Source: an uncultured Candidatus Actinomarinales bacterium (lineage in GTDB: Bacteria; Actinomycetota; Acidimicrobiia; Actinomarinales; Actinomarinaceae). From it: DNA of 63,419 nucleotides. Positions 37,775 to 46,405 of the stretch are shown here, in pieces. The stretch spans positions 1 through 63,419 of the forward strand of contig CAXBVE010000001.1 in assembly GCA_963979435.1 (NCBI GenBank). Direction: 5' to 3'. The notes below the pieces were generated by a model that was not told the DNA's origin, searched no databases, and saw only the letters and a program-made list of their open reading frames with translations. Position 1 is the first letter of the stretch, and every line of letters begins with the position of its first letter. Position numbers and translations under genes: made by a program.

Positions 37775-38232
37775 TGTTTTTTTGGTTTATTGGTGTTGGA
37801 GTTATCATTTTTAAATATATTTTTAAAGATAAGAATGCTGACTTAAGGTTTTTAATTGTAGGTCTTTTGATTTTAGATGTTATGGATATTCTTTTGGCTG
37901 TCCAGCCTATTGGTAAAGACCAAAAATTTGTAACGCATTCATTATTACTCTCAGTTTTCACTATGTTTTCGATAATGCTTTTAACTAAGAGGGGTTCAAA
38001 AACTAGAAAAAACTTATTACTATTTTCAATAGGTACTTACCTACATTTGTTTTTAGATTTCATGTGGCTAGATCAATCTACTTTTTTATTCCCCCTTCCT
38101 TTTGAAAGCAATGAAATGTTCAACAAGAGTATCGAGTTAACTATCATTCAGGAAGTAATAGGTGTCGCATATGTCATTTACAAAATGAAAGATAACTCAT
38201 TCAAAACTTTTATAAGAAGTGGAATTATTTAG
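37774..38232 (+). CDS. Small membrane protein, possibly a YdjM/DUF457-like metal-dependent hydrolase
   Basis: 4-5 TM helices with FVTHSLL and HLFLDFMW motifs. Weak assignment. Confidence 0.4.
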   Translation: MFFWFIGVGVIIFKYIFKDKNADLRFLIVGLLILDVMDILLAVQPIGKDQKFVTHSLLLSVFTMFSIMLLTKRGSKTRKNLLLFSIGTYLHLFLDFMWLDQSTFLFPLPFESNEMFNKSIELTIIQEVIGVAYVIYKMKDNSFKTFIRSGII

Positions 38233-38992
38233 AAGTTTTAACGAGCATATTTATACTCACCAATAATAAAAATATTGCGAATGATGTGTTCAGAAATTCT
38301 TGTGGTAATTCAAATGCTAAATTACCTCCAAACACCGATCCCAATATGCCGGAAATTCCAACAATACAACCTCTTTTTGCGAATTCTCGATCATTTTTCA
38401 GTTTTGTATATGCTGCCGTAAGTGCAGTGGGAACAGTTGCTATTAATGAAAAGCCTTGTGCTGGTAAATTTCCTAAACCACCAAAAAAGATTAACAAAGG
38501 AATCCTTACTATTCCTCCACCGATACCAAGTAGACCTGATAGTATTCCAGAAAATACACCTATAAGTAAGTATAAGAAAATATTCTCCTCATATTGCGAA
38601 GAGTAGCCTGACGTAGATATCATCCTATATGACACAACTAAAAGTAACACCGCAAATATTCTTTGCAATGTCTTTGTATCTAATTGAAATGTGAGTTTAC
38701 TTCCAAGATAGCCACCCAATATCCCACCAAAAATTAAATATAAAATATAAATAGAAAATGACTGACCATTCGAGATATAAGTAATACTGCTTGTAGTAGC
38801 AACGAATACTACTGCCATTGATGAGATTCCTGTATTTATTTTAAAATCTTGGTCTGTAAAGTAAGTTAAGAGAGGGACGAATACTACGCCTCCACCAATA
38901 CCTAATACTCCAGAAAGAAAACCACCAATTGATCCAATTATAAATAATGGTAACAATTTATTTCTTGAGCCTTGGCAATAATTCTTTACCAA
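38225..38992 (-). CDS. TauE/SafE (TSUP, DUF81) family anion exporter
   Basis: Duplicated G(I/L)GGG(V/I)V.(V/I)PLL motifs in a protein of about 8 TM segments. Confidence 0.85.
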   Translation of the reverse strand: MVKNYCQGSRNKLLPLFIIGSIGGFLSGVLGIGGGVVFVPLLTYFTDQDFKINTGISSMAVVFVATTSSITYISNGQSFSIYILYLIFGGILGGYLGSKLTFQLDTKTLQRIFAVLLLVVSYRMISTSGYSSQYEENIFLYLLIGVFSGILSGLLGIGGGIVRIPLLIFFGGLGNLPAQGFSLIATVPTALTAAYTKLKNDREFAKRGCIVGISGILGSVFGGNLAFELPQEFLNTSFAIFLLLVSINMLVKTSK

Positions 38993-39941
38993 GCAATTTG
39001 ATTGTCTCTTCTTGATTAACGGACGATATTTGAATGGTAACTATTTCTGAACCAAAATCATCTACAAGAGGTGCATATATATCAATTAATTCTTCTACAC
39101 TTCCTGCTCGGGAAAATTTGGACATGATTTCTTCTTTTGGTAATGCATCAGCCTGCTCCCTAAGAGCTTGTGGATCAATTTCTTGAAGTCTATTTGGTGC
39201 CCTTAGTCCTCTCCATGACTTCAAAGATTCCCATGCATCCTCGTCATTATCTGCAAACATTGTCCACCTATATGTGTGAATTCTTAGATCTGATTTTCCA
39301 AGTTCGTCAGTTTTTATTTTTGCTGGATTGATAACTCTTTCATATGCATCTTCTGGATTTTTTACACTAATCATGAGTCCATCAGCATACTCAGCAGCGA
39401 GATGAGAAGACTTTGGACCACCAGCAGCAAGCCAAATTGGAACATCTTTTAAAGGAGGGGAGTATAATTTGGCACCCTTAGTGTTATAGAATTCACCCTC
39501 AAAGTCAAGTTTTTCACCATTTAGTAGTCTCCTAATAATAGTTAAAGCCTCTTTCATTCTTGAAGCTCTTTCATCGTATTTTGGAAAATTATATCCTAAT
39601 GGTCCTTCGTTCATATTTTCACCTGTTCCTACTCCTAGATGAAAAGTCGAATTGGATAATCTGTCGACAGTTGCAGATGCTTGTGCAACAACTCCTGGAT
39701 GCATTCTCCATAGTGGTGTGGTTACTCCAGTACCTAAATCTAACTCAGGAGTGCTATTAGCTAGAGCACCCAATGTAGACCATGTGAAGTTTGATGCCGA
39801 ATAATCATCAACCCATGGATGAAAATGTTCTGATATTGTTACCATATCAAAACCAACTTCTTGTGCTAGTTTTGCATGGTCAATTAATATTTCTGGTTGC
39901 CACTGTTCTGATCCTAAAAAATATGCAAATTTTGTCATCAC
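38958..39941 (-). CDS. Luciferase-like (LLM) oxidoreductase of the F420-dependent G6P-dehydrogenase (Fgd) family
   Basis: N-terminus ...GSEQW.P..L..HA.LA...GFD.VTISEHFHPW matches the Fgd-family signature SDHF.PW. TIM-barrel length is about 327 aa. Confidence 0.75.
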   Translation of the reverse strand: MMTKFAYFLGSEQWQPEILIDHAKLAQEVGFDMVTISEHFHPWVDDYSASNFTWSTLGALANSTPELDLGTGVTTPLWRMHPGVVAQASATVDRLSNSTFHLGVGTGENMNEGPLGYNFPKYDERASRMKEALTIIRRLLNGEKLDFEGEFYNTKGAKLYSPPLKDVPIWLAAGGPKSSHLAAEYADGLMISVKNPEDAYERVINPAKIKTDELGKSDLRIHTYRWTMFADNDEDAWESLKSWRGLRAPNRLQEIDPQALREQADALPKEEIMSKFSRAGSVEELIDIYAPLVDDFGSEIVTIQISSVNQEETIKLLGKELLPRLKK

Positions 39942-39970
39942 TTTAGGTTAACAAATAATTAATTTTAGGT

Positions 39971-39993
39971 GGGTGCCTCTAAAAGAGACACCC
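39971..39993 (-). terminator. Hairpin immediately 3' of rnpB (possible I-shaped terminator or processing stem)
   Basis: gggtgcctc-taaaa-gagacaccc is a 9-bp stem with one G.U pair on the RNA strand. No U-tract follows on the minus strand. Confidence 0.35.
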
Positions 39994-39995
39994 TG

Positions 39996-40332
39996 GTTTT
40001 TGAGATTGTAAGCCGGATTCTGTTTACAAATTAATGTAAGATAATCATCCATCTTGTATATTTGTTACCAAATACATCTAGCTATCTACCCGCAATTATT
40101 AGCCGAGCAAGCTAATTGCTTCTTGATATTGCACTGAGAGGGGTTTACAAGCTAATTTAATTACTTAAATTACTGGTAGTCTCTTACACCACCTTTTCAC
40201 CCTTACTTACTTACGTAAGCGGTATATTTTCTGTTGCACTTTCCGTCAATTACTTGCCTGGGAGTTACCCAGCTCTCTGCTCTATAGTGTCCGGACTTTC
40301 CTCGATAAATCGCGATTATCCATCTCAAAAAT
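39996..40332 (-). ncRNA. rnpB: RNase P RNA, bacterial type A
   Basis: Minus-strand conserved blocks: GAGGAAAGTCCGGAC (rc of 40289-40303), GTGCAACAGAAAA, AAGGGTGAAAAGGTGGTGTAAGAGACTACCAG (rc of ~40173-40204), GTAAACCCC and ACAGAATCCGGCTTA (rc of 40009-40023). P1 pairing is TTTTTGAGAT / ATCTCAAAAA. Ends are approximate (+/-5 nt). Confidence 0.9.
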
Positions 40333-40355
40333 AACTCTAGTCAAATATTTATTAC

Positions 40356-40832
40356 TTATGAATATAAAAATATTATTTCTTCAACATCCCCAAAAGATAG
40401 TGGTCCTAGATATTTTCTAATAATTACTCCATTTTGAATGATATGTGTTTCAGGAACCCCAAACACACCAGAATTAATAGCAAACTTACTTTTAACATCA
40501 GTTAAATAAATTAAATTGCCATATCCATATTTATTAAGAAATTCCTTTGAGTTAGAAGTATTATCTTGAAAACTAATTAGCACTACCTTCCCCTCAAAAG
40601 ATTTAATCTCGTTAAGAGAAATTAATAGATCATGTTCTTCAATACACTCCAAACACCAAGATGCCCAGTAGTTAATAATTAAAAATTCATTATCTAACTC
40701 AGCATTTTTATTTGATTCTAAATAGGTAAGTTCTTGAATTTGAAAATCTTGGATTTCAATACTTTCTGATGTAATTTCTGAACTCGAGCAAAAAGTAAAT
40801 ATTAAAAAAAAGATTAAAAATTTAATTTTCAT
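40356..40832 (-). CDS. ccmG: Thioredoxin-fold thiol:disulfide oxidoreductase CcmG/DsbE
   Basis: WASWCLECIEEH active-site region and SGVFGVPETHIIQNGVIIRKY (compare DsbE GVYGAPETF). N-terminal hydrophobic anchor. Confidence 0.75.
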   Translation of the reverse strand: MKIKFLIFFLIFTFCSSSEITSESIEIQDFQIQELTYLESNKNAELDNEFLIINYWASWCLECIEEHDLLISLNEIKSFEGKVVLISFQDNTSNSKEFLNKYGYGNLIYLTDVKSKFAINSGVFGVPETHIIQNGVIIRKYLGPLSFGDVEEIIFLYS

Positions 40833-41352
40833 AGGTTGATACTATCTCTTTTAAAAAATTTCTATCTTCATCACTGAGAGAATCGAGTAGAAGTAAATCT
40901 GTAATTAACTTCATTCCCAGGTCCTCTGTTTCTGCTTGCTGAAGATATAGAACGCCAAGATAAGATTTAGAGATTAAAGAATTAGGATTAATAGTTAAAG
41001 ATTCATCGAAGTAATTTATAGCAACTTCTTTATTTCCTGACTCGTAGACCATCCAACCTATTTGGGCTAGAGCATAACTTTTGAGTTCAATCTCATCACT
41101 ATTTTCAGCGACATACATGAAGTGGGGTAGGGCTTTTGAATAGTTAACTTCATCAAAATACCTATTTGCTAAAGCAATCCTCATAGCAAATATATCAGGA
41201 TTATCTGCTACAACAATTTCCATTTCTTCATTTGTAACATTATCAAGTTCAGTGTTTGTCCTAATTGATGATTGTGAATTGTCATTTAGATTTATAAATA
41301 TTATTAAAAAGACACTGAAGGTAGCTACTAACGAAAATACCCATTTGTTCAT
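40822..41352 (-). CDS. TPR-repeat protein, CcmI / CcmH C-terminal-domain-like
   Basis: N-terminal TM segment followed by TPR-like repeats (ANRYF...Y..AL..F..., NPNS..S..YLGVLY). Position between ccmH and ccmG. Confidence 0.55.
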   Translation of the reverse strand: MNKWVFSLVATFSVFLIIFINLNDNSQSSIRTNTELDNVTNEEMEIVVADNPDIFAMRIALANRYFDEVNYSKALPHFMYVAENSDEIELKSYALAQIGWMVYESGNKEVAINYFDESLTINPNSLISKSYLGVLYLQQAETEDLGMKLITDLLLLDSLSDEDRNFLKEIVSTYEN

Positions 41353-41702
41353 TTAAGAACCTTCTTTATGAACATAGCTACAAAAAATATTGATAATATT
41401 AAGGGTATAAGAATTATTTCAAAATTTTTGTTTTGAGGATTGGTAATTATTCTTTCACCAAATCTTGATACCCAGTAAGTAAAGATTTCATCATCCGATA
41501 AATCTTTATCTATTTGTTCCCTTAGGATTGATCGCATATCATCTGCATATTCCGATGGGGAGTCAAAAATAGTCTCACCTTGGCATACTGGGCATAGTAA
41601 ATTTTTACTCCAAGCCTCAAACCTTGAGTCAGCATCTTCATAAAGATTTGGAAGTAGCAGCAAAACTATCAATAGTATTCCAAGAGTGTATCTATTTTTC
41701 AT
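41349..41702 (-). CDS. ccmH: Cytochrome c-type biogenesis protein CcmH
   Basis: LLCPVCQGETI (LRCxxCQ-type motif) and a C-terminal TM helix. Confidence 0.8.
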   Translation of the reverse strand: MKNRYTLGILLIVLLLLPNLYEDADSRFEAWSKNLLCPVCQGETIFDSPSEYADDMRSILREQIDKDLSDDEIFTYWVSRFGERIITNPQNKNFEIILIPLILSIFFVAMFIKKVLK

Positions 41703-43584
41703 TTGCCCTAATTCTTGGAATTACAGAGAGAGTGCTTAGAGCTAACCCCATCCACATTATTAATATTCCATAATTTTTTCTAAATATTAATTTATAGCTA
41801 TTCGCATCAATAAATTTAATAGTCACGTAGGTATCAGATTCTAAATCGCGAAATATTGCTGGTGAACTTATGGCCTGTTGAGATGAGTTTCTAAATATAT
41901 TCAAAGATGCATTTTTATATTTATCATTAGACTTTATTGGTAAATTTATAACATCTTTTTCATCTCTTCTAACCTCATAGGACTTTTCAATCATGTAATT
42001 ATTATTTCCGAAAGTTATTATTGAACCTTCACTAGTTATGAATTCGTCAGAGTAGCTTTGACTTACATTTAGCAACAAACCTACAGCAAAAAGACCAATC
42101 CCTAAATGTGCAATTTGTCCGGACCAGTAAGACCCCTTAATTTTATGTAATCTTTTCTCTTGAACGAGGTTTAAAAGAACTGTGATAACTAGCATAGTTG
42201 ATCCAAACAGACTCAATATACTTAAATAATTTAGTTGGTATACGTAAGAGAAGAAAATAGTCGATATCAATGATGAGTTGATAATTTTAAGATTAGTTTG
42301 GAGCCATCTATTAAAGTTAATATTCTTTATGGTAATTTTTGTCGAAAATATCATTAGGAAAATTAACATAATCAAAATAGGTCCAATTAAGATATCAAAA
42401 AAGGTTCTTCCTATCGTCAGCTGTCTTTGATACAAAGTTTCATAAAATATCGGATAAATGGTTCCAATAAAAACAATTAATGCAGACACAAAAAGTAGTA
42501 TGTTATTAGCTATAAAAAATGAAGATTTTCCAAAGATATATTTAATTTTTTTTGATGTCGAAAAATATTTAATATTTTTAGATCCTGAGTATAGAAAAAA
42601 TAACGTAAAAAAGGCTAATCCAGAAAGAAGAAAAACACCTATATTTCCATTAGAAAAAGCATGAACCGAAATCAATACTCCTGAGCGAGTAATGAATGTA
42701 CCAAAAATTGTTGATAAAAACATTAAACCACCAAGGAAGTAATTCCAATTTAAGAGAGCAGATTCATTCACCTGTGTCTTAGAAGAGTGAAGAAAGGCGG
42801 TAGCAAGGAGCCACGGAATGAAAGAAACATTTTCTACTGGATCCCAAGCCCAATATCCACCCCATCCCAGAACTTCATATGACCAAGCTGCACCAAGTGT
42901 TATTCCGGCAGTTAAGAATAACCAAGGATAAAAAGTTGAGTCGGAGGCTAGTTGGACCCAATTACTTGAAGTATCTTTTCTAAAAAAATAACTTGTCGTA
43001 ATTACAAAAGGTAAAACTAAGCCGATATATCCAAAATATAAAATTGGTGGGTGAATTGCCATCAGGGGATGATTCTGCAGAAGTGGGTTAGGACCCCTTC
43101 CCTCCAGTGAAGAAACTAGATCTTGAAAGGGCAGTAGTGATGAAGACTGACAACCTACTGAAGCTAATTCAACACAACCTGCAAATGGAGACGAACTAAA
43201 TATCGTGTAGCTTGTAAAAAAGATAATGATTGTTGTAAATATTTTAATATCTGAATTATTGGTATTCTTTTTATAGTATTTTATGTATATCAAAAAATAG
43301 GCTCCCAGAACTAGATTCCATAGAAGAATGGAGCCATCTAAAGAACCCCACAAAGAAGCAAATTTGTAAACGGGAGGTGTACTCTTTGCTGAATAATTGG
43401 CAACATAACTTATAGAAAAATCATCAATAAACAATGCAATCTCTAAGATGCAAAATAGCAAAAAGTTTAAGAGTAGATTTAATCTTATTAATAACTGAAT
43501 ACGAAATTTGTTACTTGATACTAAAAGTATTATTAGATTTAGTAAGCATAACCAGCTTATGATAAGGCCTATACTAGAAATCAT
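41692..43584 (-). CDS. ccmF: Cytochrome c heme lyase subunit CcmF
   Basis: WWD motif WGGYWAWDPVEN. About 15 TM segments, 630 aa. Confidence 0.9.
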   Translation of the reverse strand: MISSIGLIISWLCLLNLIILLVSSNKFRIQLLIRLNLLLNFLLFCILEIALFIDDFSISYVANYSAKSTPPVYKFASLWGSLDGSILLWNLVLGAYFLIYIKYYKKNTNNSDIKIFTTIIIFFTSYTIFSSSPFAGCVELASVGCQSSSLLPFQDLVSSLEGRGPNPLLQNHPLMAIHPPILYFGYIGLVLPFVITTSYFFRKDTSSNWVQLASDSTFYPWLFLTAGITLGAAWSYEVLGWGGYWAWDPVENVSFIPWLLATAFLHSSKTQVNESALLNWNYFLGGLMFLSTIFGTFITRSGVLISVHAFSNGNIGVFLLSGLAFFTLFFLYSGSKNIKYFSTSKKIKYIFGKSSFFIANNILLFVSALIVFIGTIYPIFYETLYQRQLTIGRTFFDILIGPILIMLIFLMIFSTKITIKNINFNRWLQTNLKIINSSLISTIFFSYVYQLNYLSILSLFGSTMLVITVLLNLVQEKRLHKIKGSYWSGQIAHLGIGLFAVGLLLNVSQSYSDEFITSEGSIITFGNNNYMIEKSYEVRRDEKDVINLPIKSNDKYKNASLNIFRNSSQQAISSPAIFRDLESDTYVTIKFIDANSYKLIFRKNYGILIMWMGLALSTLSVIPRIRANEK

Positions 43585-43988
43585 TCTGAATAATTTTCAA
43601 CATCATAACTCTGGCCATCTTCAGAAATGTATTCATTGTCATGTTTCACCAACATATCATCAGAATAAAAAACCTGATTTATGAAGTATCCATCAAGGAT
43701 TACTCCCATTTCTTCTTGAAAAAGTTCTGGTATAAATCCATCAAAAACTATACCAACTTTTTTATTTCCATCGGTTATCGTAAACTTTGTCTCGGCATTA
43801 GGTGTTTTTGATATTGAATTAACCTCTACGAACCCTCCAAGTTTTATTCTCTCAGATTGAGAAACATCAATGTTTTCAAATGCTTCACTTGTTGTGTAGT
43901 AAAAAATAGTATTATTCGAAGCTATTTGAATACTTGAATAAGTTACTAACGATATTCCTAATAGAATTAATACAAAATTTTTGTTCAC
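43581..43988 (-). CDS. ccmE: Heme chaperone CcmE
   Basis: N-terminal anchor, OB-fold region (RLGG.V) and the heme-binding HxxxY motif as VKHDNEY. Confidence 0.85.
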   Translation of the reverse strand: MNKNFVLILLGISLVTYSSIQIASNNTIFYYTTSEAFENIDVSQSERIKLGGFVEVNSISKTPNAETKFTITDGNKKVGIVFDGFIPELFQEEMGVILDGYFINQVFYSDDMLVKHDNEYISEDGQSYDVENYSE

Positions 43989-43992
43989 TTGA

Positions 43993-44661
43993 TTAGATTT
44001 TAACTCTGTTCTTTGGATTCAGGTAATCATTCCATAAAGTGTCGGCTGAAATTTTAAATCTTTTTAAAAGTGAGAAATGTAATAATGTGACTAAAAGTAC
44101 TGAAATAAGTAGGGTAGTGAGAATATCTGATGACATCGGCGCGCTTCCTGTAGAAACAGCCTCCTGACTTAAAATAGATGCTTGTTGGTGAACGGACCTC
44201 CACCAAATTACACTAAAATGTAATATTGGAAGCTGAATGATTCCAAATATACCAATGAAAGCCGAGTTTCTTGATGTCTTACCAAGGTCATCAGTGAATT
44301 TGCGAGAAGCTAAATAACCTAAATATACAAGTAAAAGTATTGCTGTTAAATTTAATCTTGCATCCCCCCAAACCCACCAAGTACCCCATGTTGCTTTTCC
44401 CCAAGCTGAACCGGCAATCAAGGTGGTTACTGTAAATAAAACTCCTGATTTTGCATTCGAAGAGGCTAGTACATCATATTTATGATCTTTTTTAACTATA
44501 TACAGCAATGAGTAAACAAAAGTGAGTGAGTAGCCTAAATATGCTATCCAAACAGTAGGTACGTGTACATAAAGAAGCTTAGATGAAATACCTTGAGTTA
44601 CATCATATGGACCAAAAGCCACTGTGAGAGCCCATAATATTAAAGAGCCATAAAATATCAT
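43993..44661 (-). CDS. ccmC: Heme exporter protein CcmC
   Basis: WWD motif WGKATWGTWWVWGDARL. 6 TM segments. Confidence 0.9.
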   Translation of the reverse strand: MIFYGSLILWALTVAFGPYDVTQGISSKLLYVHVPTVWIAYLGYSLTFVYSLLYIVKKDHKYDVLASSNAKSGVLFTVTTLIAGSAWGKATWGTWWVWGDARLNLTAILLLVYLGYLASRKFTDDLGKTSRNSAFIGIFGIIQLPILHFSVIWWRSVHQQASILSQEAVSTGSAPMSSDILTTLLISVLLVTLLHFSLLKRFKISADTLWNDYLNPKNRVKI

Positions 44662-45299
44662 TTCAAATCTTTCTGTAAGATCCAGTTAGTGTAAGCAGAA
44701 ATTAATAAAGTAATTCCTAAATACATCACTAAGTAAATATTAGTTAAATTTGGATTTATACCTAACCAGATTGGGGCAACAAAGAAAGATAATGACATAA
44801 AAACAGGCACCATAAGTATGAATTGAACAAATCTATTACTAAAAGCTGTAAACATTTGAAAAATTATATTTATCATTATTGAATTTACTGAAAAGAAAAC
44901 AATAGAGACTACAAAGTAGATGGGGTTACTTTTTATACCTGTGTTTGTAAACACTGAAAATAAAGCCAATAAGATCAATGCTTGTGGGAAATATATTATA
45001 AATTCTGAAATTGTTTTACATCTGAAAAAATAATGTCGCTCTATATTTGCAAAATTTAATTCCCGACGAAGCTTAGCTTGGTTAAGTGGATTTCTTATGG
45101 AAAATAATGTGGTGAAAAATAGCAAAAACAATAATTGATTGATTATGAAGAAGTCATCATCAACGACAAATCTGTTCTCAGATAAAATAGGAAAAACTAA
45201 AACTAAAACAACAATAGTGGGAGTTATTAAAAATAAAGATGTATTGTTTCTATATTCATTTAGAAGTTCCTTCTTAATTAAAAAATTATTAATAAACAT
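44658..45299 (-). CDS. ccmB: Heme exporter membrane protein CcmB (by context)
   Basis: Six-TM protein of about 213 aa, translationally coupled between ccmA and ccmC. Sequence motifs were not individually recognised. Confidence 0.6.
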   Translation of the reverse strand: MFINNFLIKKELLNEYRNNTSLFLITPTIVVLVLVFPILSENRFVVDDDFFIINQLLFLLFFTTLFSIRNPLNQAKLRRELNFANIERHYFFRCKTISEFIIYFPQALILLALFSVFTNTGIKSNPIYFVVSIVFFSVNSIMINIIFQMFTAFSNRFVQFILMVPVFMSLSFFVAPIWLGINPNLTNIYLVMYLGITLLISAYTNWILQKDLK

Positions 45300-45924
45300 T
45301 CAAATCAATCGTTTCATAGTTATCTTCAAAAATATTTAACGAATCTTGGGAGGCTAAAATGTTGCTTTTACCTACTTCGAATCTGCTTTTTAGCAGTTTT
45401 GTTAAAAGCTCTACTCCCTCTTTGTCTAGATAATTTAACGGTTCATCAATACATAGTATTTCTGGATCGATCATTTTAGCTATGGCAAGCTCCGAACGCT
45501 TCACCATTCCACTTGAAAAATTTTTAACTAAATCATTCATGAAGCTGTGCATCCCATACTCTTTTAGGAGTTTTTGAATTTTATCTTCTTGCATTGCTTC
45601 TTGAGTAAAATAAACACAGTTTTCCAGCAAAGATAAGGTTAAATTTACTGTTGGTTCATTGGAAATCTCTAATATTCGTATTTGCTCAGACTCGATGATT
45701 GAATTGAACGTATTTCCCTGAAAATTGTTTGAAATAAAACCTAATAGTGTAGATTTGCCCACACCGTTACCACCAATTATTTGATAGTTTTTATTGCTCT
45801 TAAGTGACAAATTAATATTATTAATAACAATATTATTTCCGTAACCAAGTGTTAGGTTTTTTACATTTAAATAATTTATACTCACAAGATTATTGTATTG
45901 AGGATAGTTTTTTATAAACCTCAA
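45289..45924 (-). CDS. ccmA: Heme exporter ABC ATPase CcmA
   Basis: Walker A GGNGVGKSTLL, signature FSSGMVKR, Walker B ILCIDEP. Confidence 0.75.
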   Translation of the reverse strand: MRFIKNYPQYNNLVSINYLNVKNLTLGYGNNIVINNINLSLKSNKNYQIIGGNGVGKSTLLGFISNNFQGNTFNSIIESEQIRILEISNEPTVNLTLSLLENCVYFTQEAMQEDKIQKLLKEYGMHSFMNDLVKNFSSGMVKRSELAIAKMIDPEILCIDEPLNYLDKEGVELLTKLLKSRFEVGKSNILASQDSLNIFEDNYETIDLNVY

Positions 45925-46405
45925 AAGTTGTCATTACATCGTCTCTAGCAGTATGAGTTGGGCTAACTACATTGAAGTACTCAGCTAATGTCATTAATTT
46001 ATGATTTTTAACTTTATTTCCAAGTTTCGACCTACTGATATTTAAGGTATCAATTGTTTGGTTTGGAAGTTCTTTTTTTAAAAAATAGTTCAAGAACTTT
46101 AAATCAAAATTATCTATGTTGTGTCCAAGTAATACAGATTTTCCAATAAAGCTTAAGATGTCGCTAGATTTGTCCTCAATAGATGGGGAATTCTGAACTT
46201 TTTCATCAGTAATACCATGAATGTGGGAATTTTTAATTGAAATAGTAGGTTTGAAAAGTGAATAAAACTCATCAATAATTTCTTCATTTATAATCTTTAA
46301 AATAAATAGTTCAATAATTTCAGCTTCACCTGGTTCAAATCCAGTAGTCTCTATGTCAAGTATGCAAATGGAATTATCCATATTTCTTATTTTAGTAACT
46401 CCCAC
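45890..46405 (-). CDS. DEDDh 3'-5' exonuclease (DnaQ/epsilon-like)
   Basis: ExoI ILDIETTG, ExoII GHNIDNFDLKFL, ExoIII HTARDDV. Confidence 0.8.
   Translation of the reverse strand: MGVTKIRNMDNSICILDIETTGFEPGEAEIIELFILKIINEEIIDEFYSLFKPTISIKNSHIHGITDEKVQNSPSIEDKSSDILSFIGKSVLLGHNIDNFDLKFLNYFLKKELPNQTIDTLNISRSKLGNKVKNHKLMTLAEYFNVVSPTHTARDDVMTTFEVYKKLSSIQ

Noticed and set aside
39971-40000. Hairpin plus GGTTTTT read as a plus-strand intrinsic terminator
   Set aside because: No plus-strand gene ends nearby; the neighbours on both sides are minus-strand. It is more plausibly the 3' structure or terminator of rnpB, and part of the T-run forms the rnpB P1 helix.
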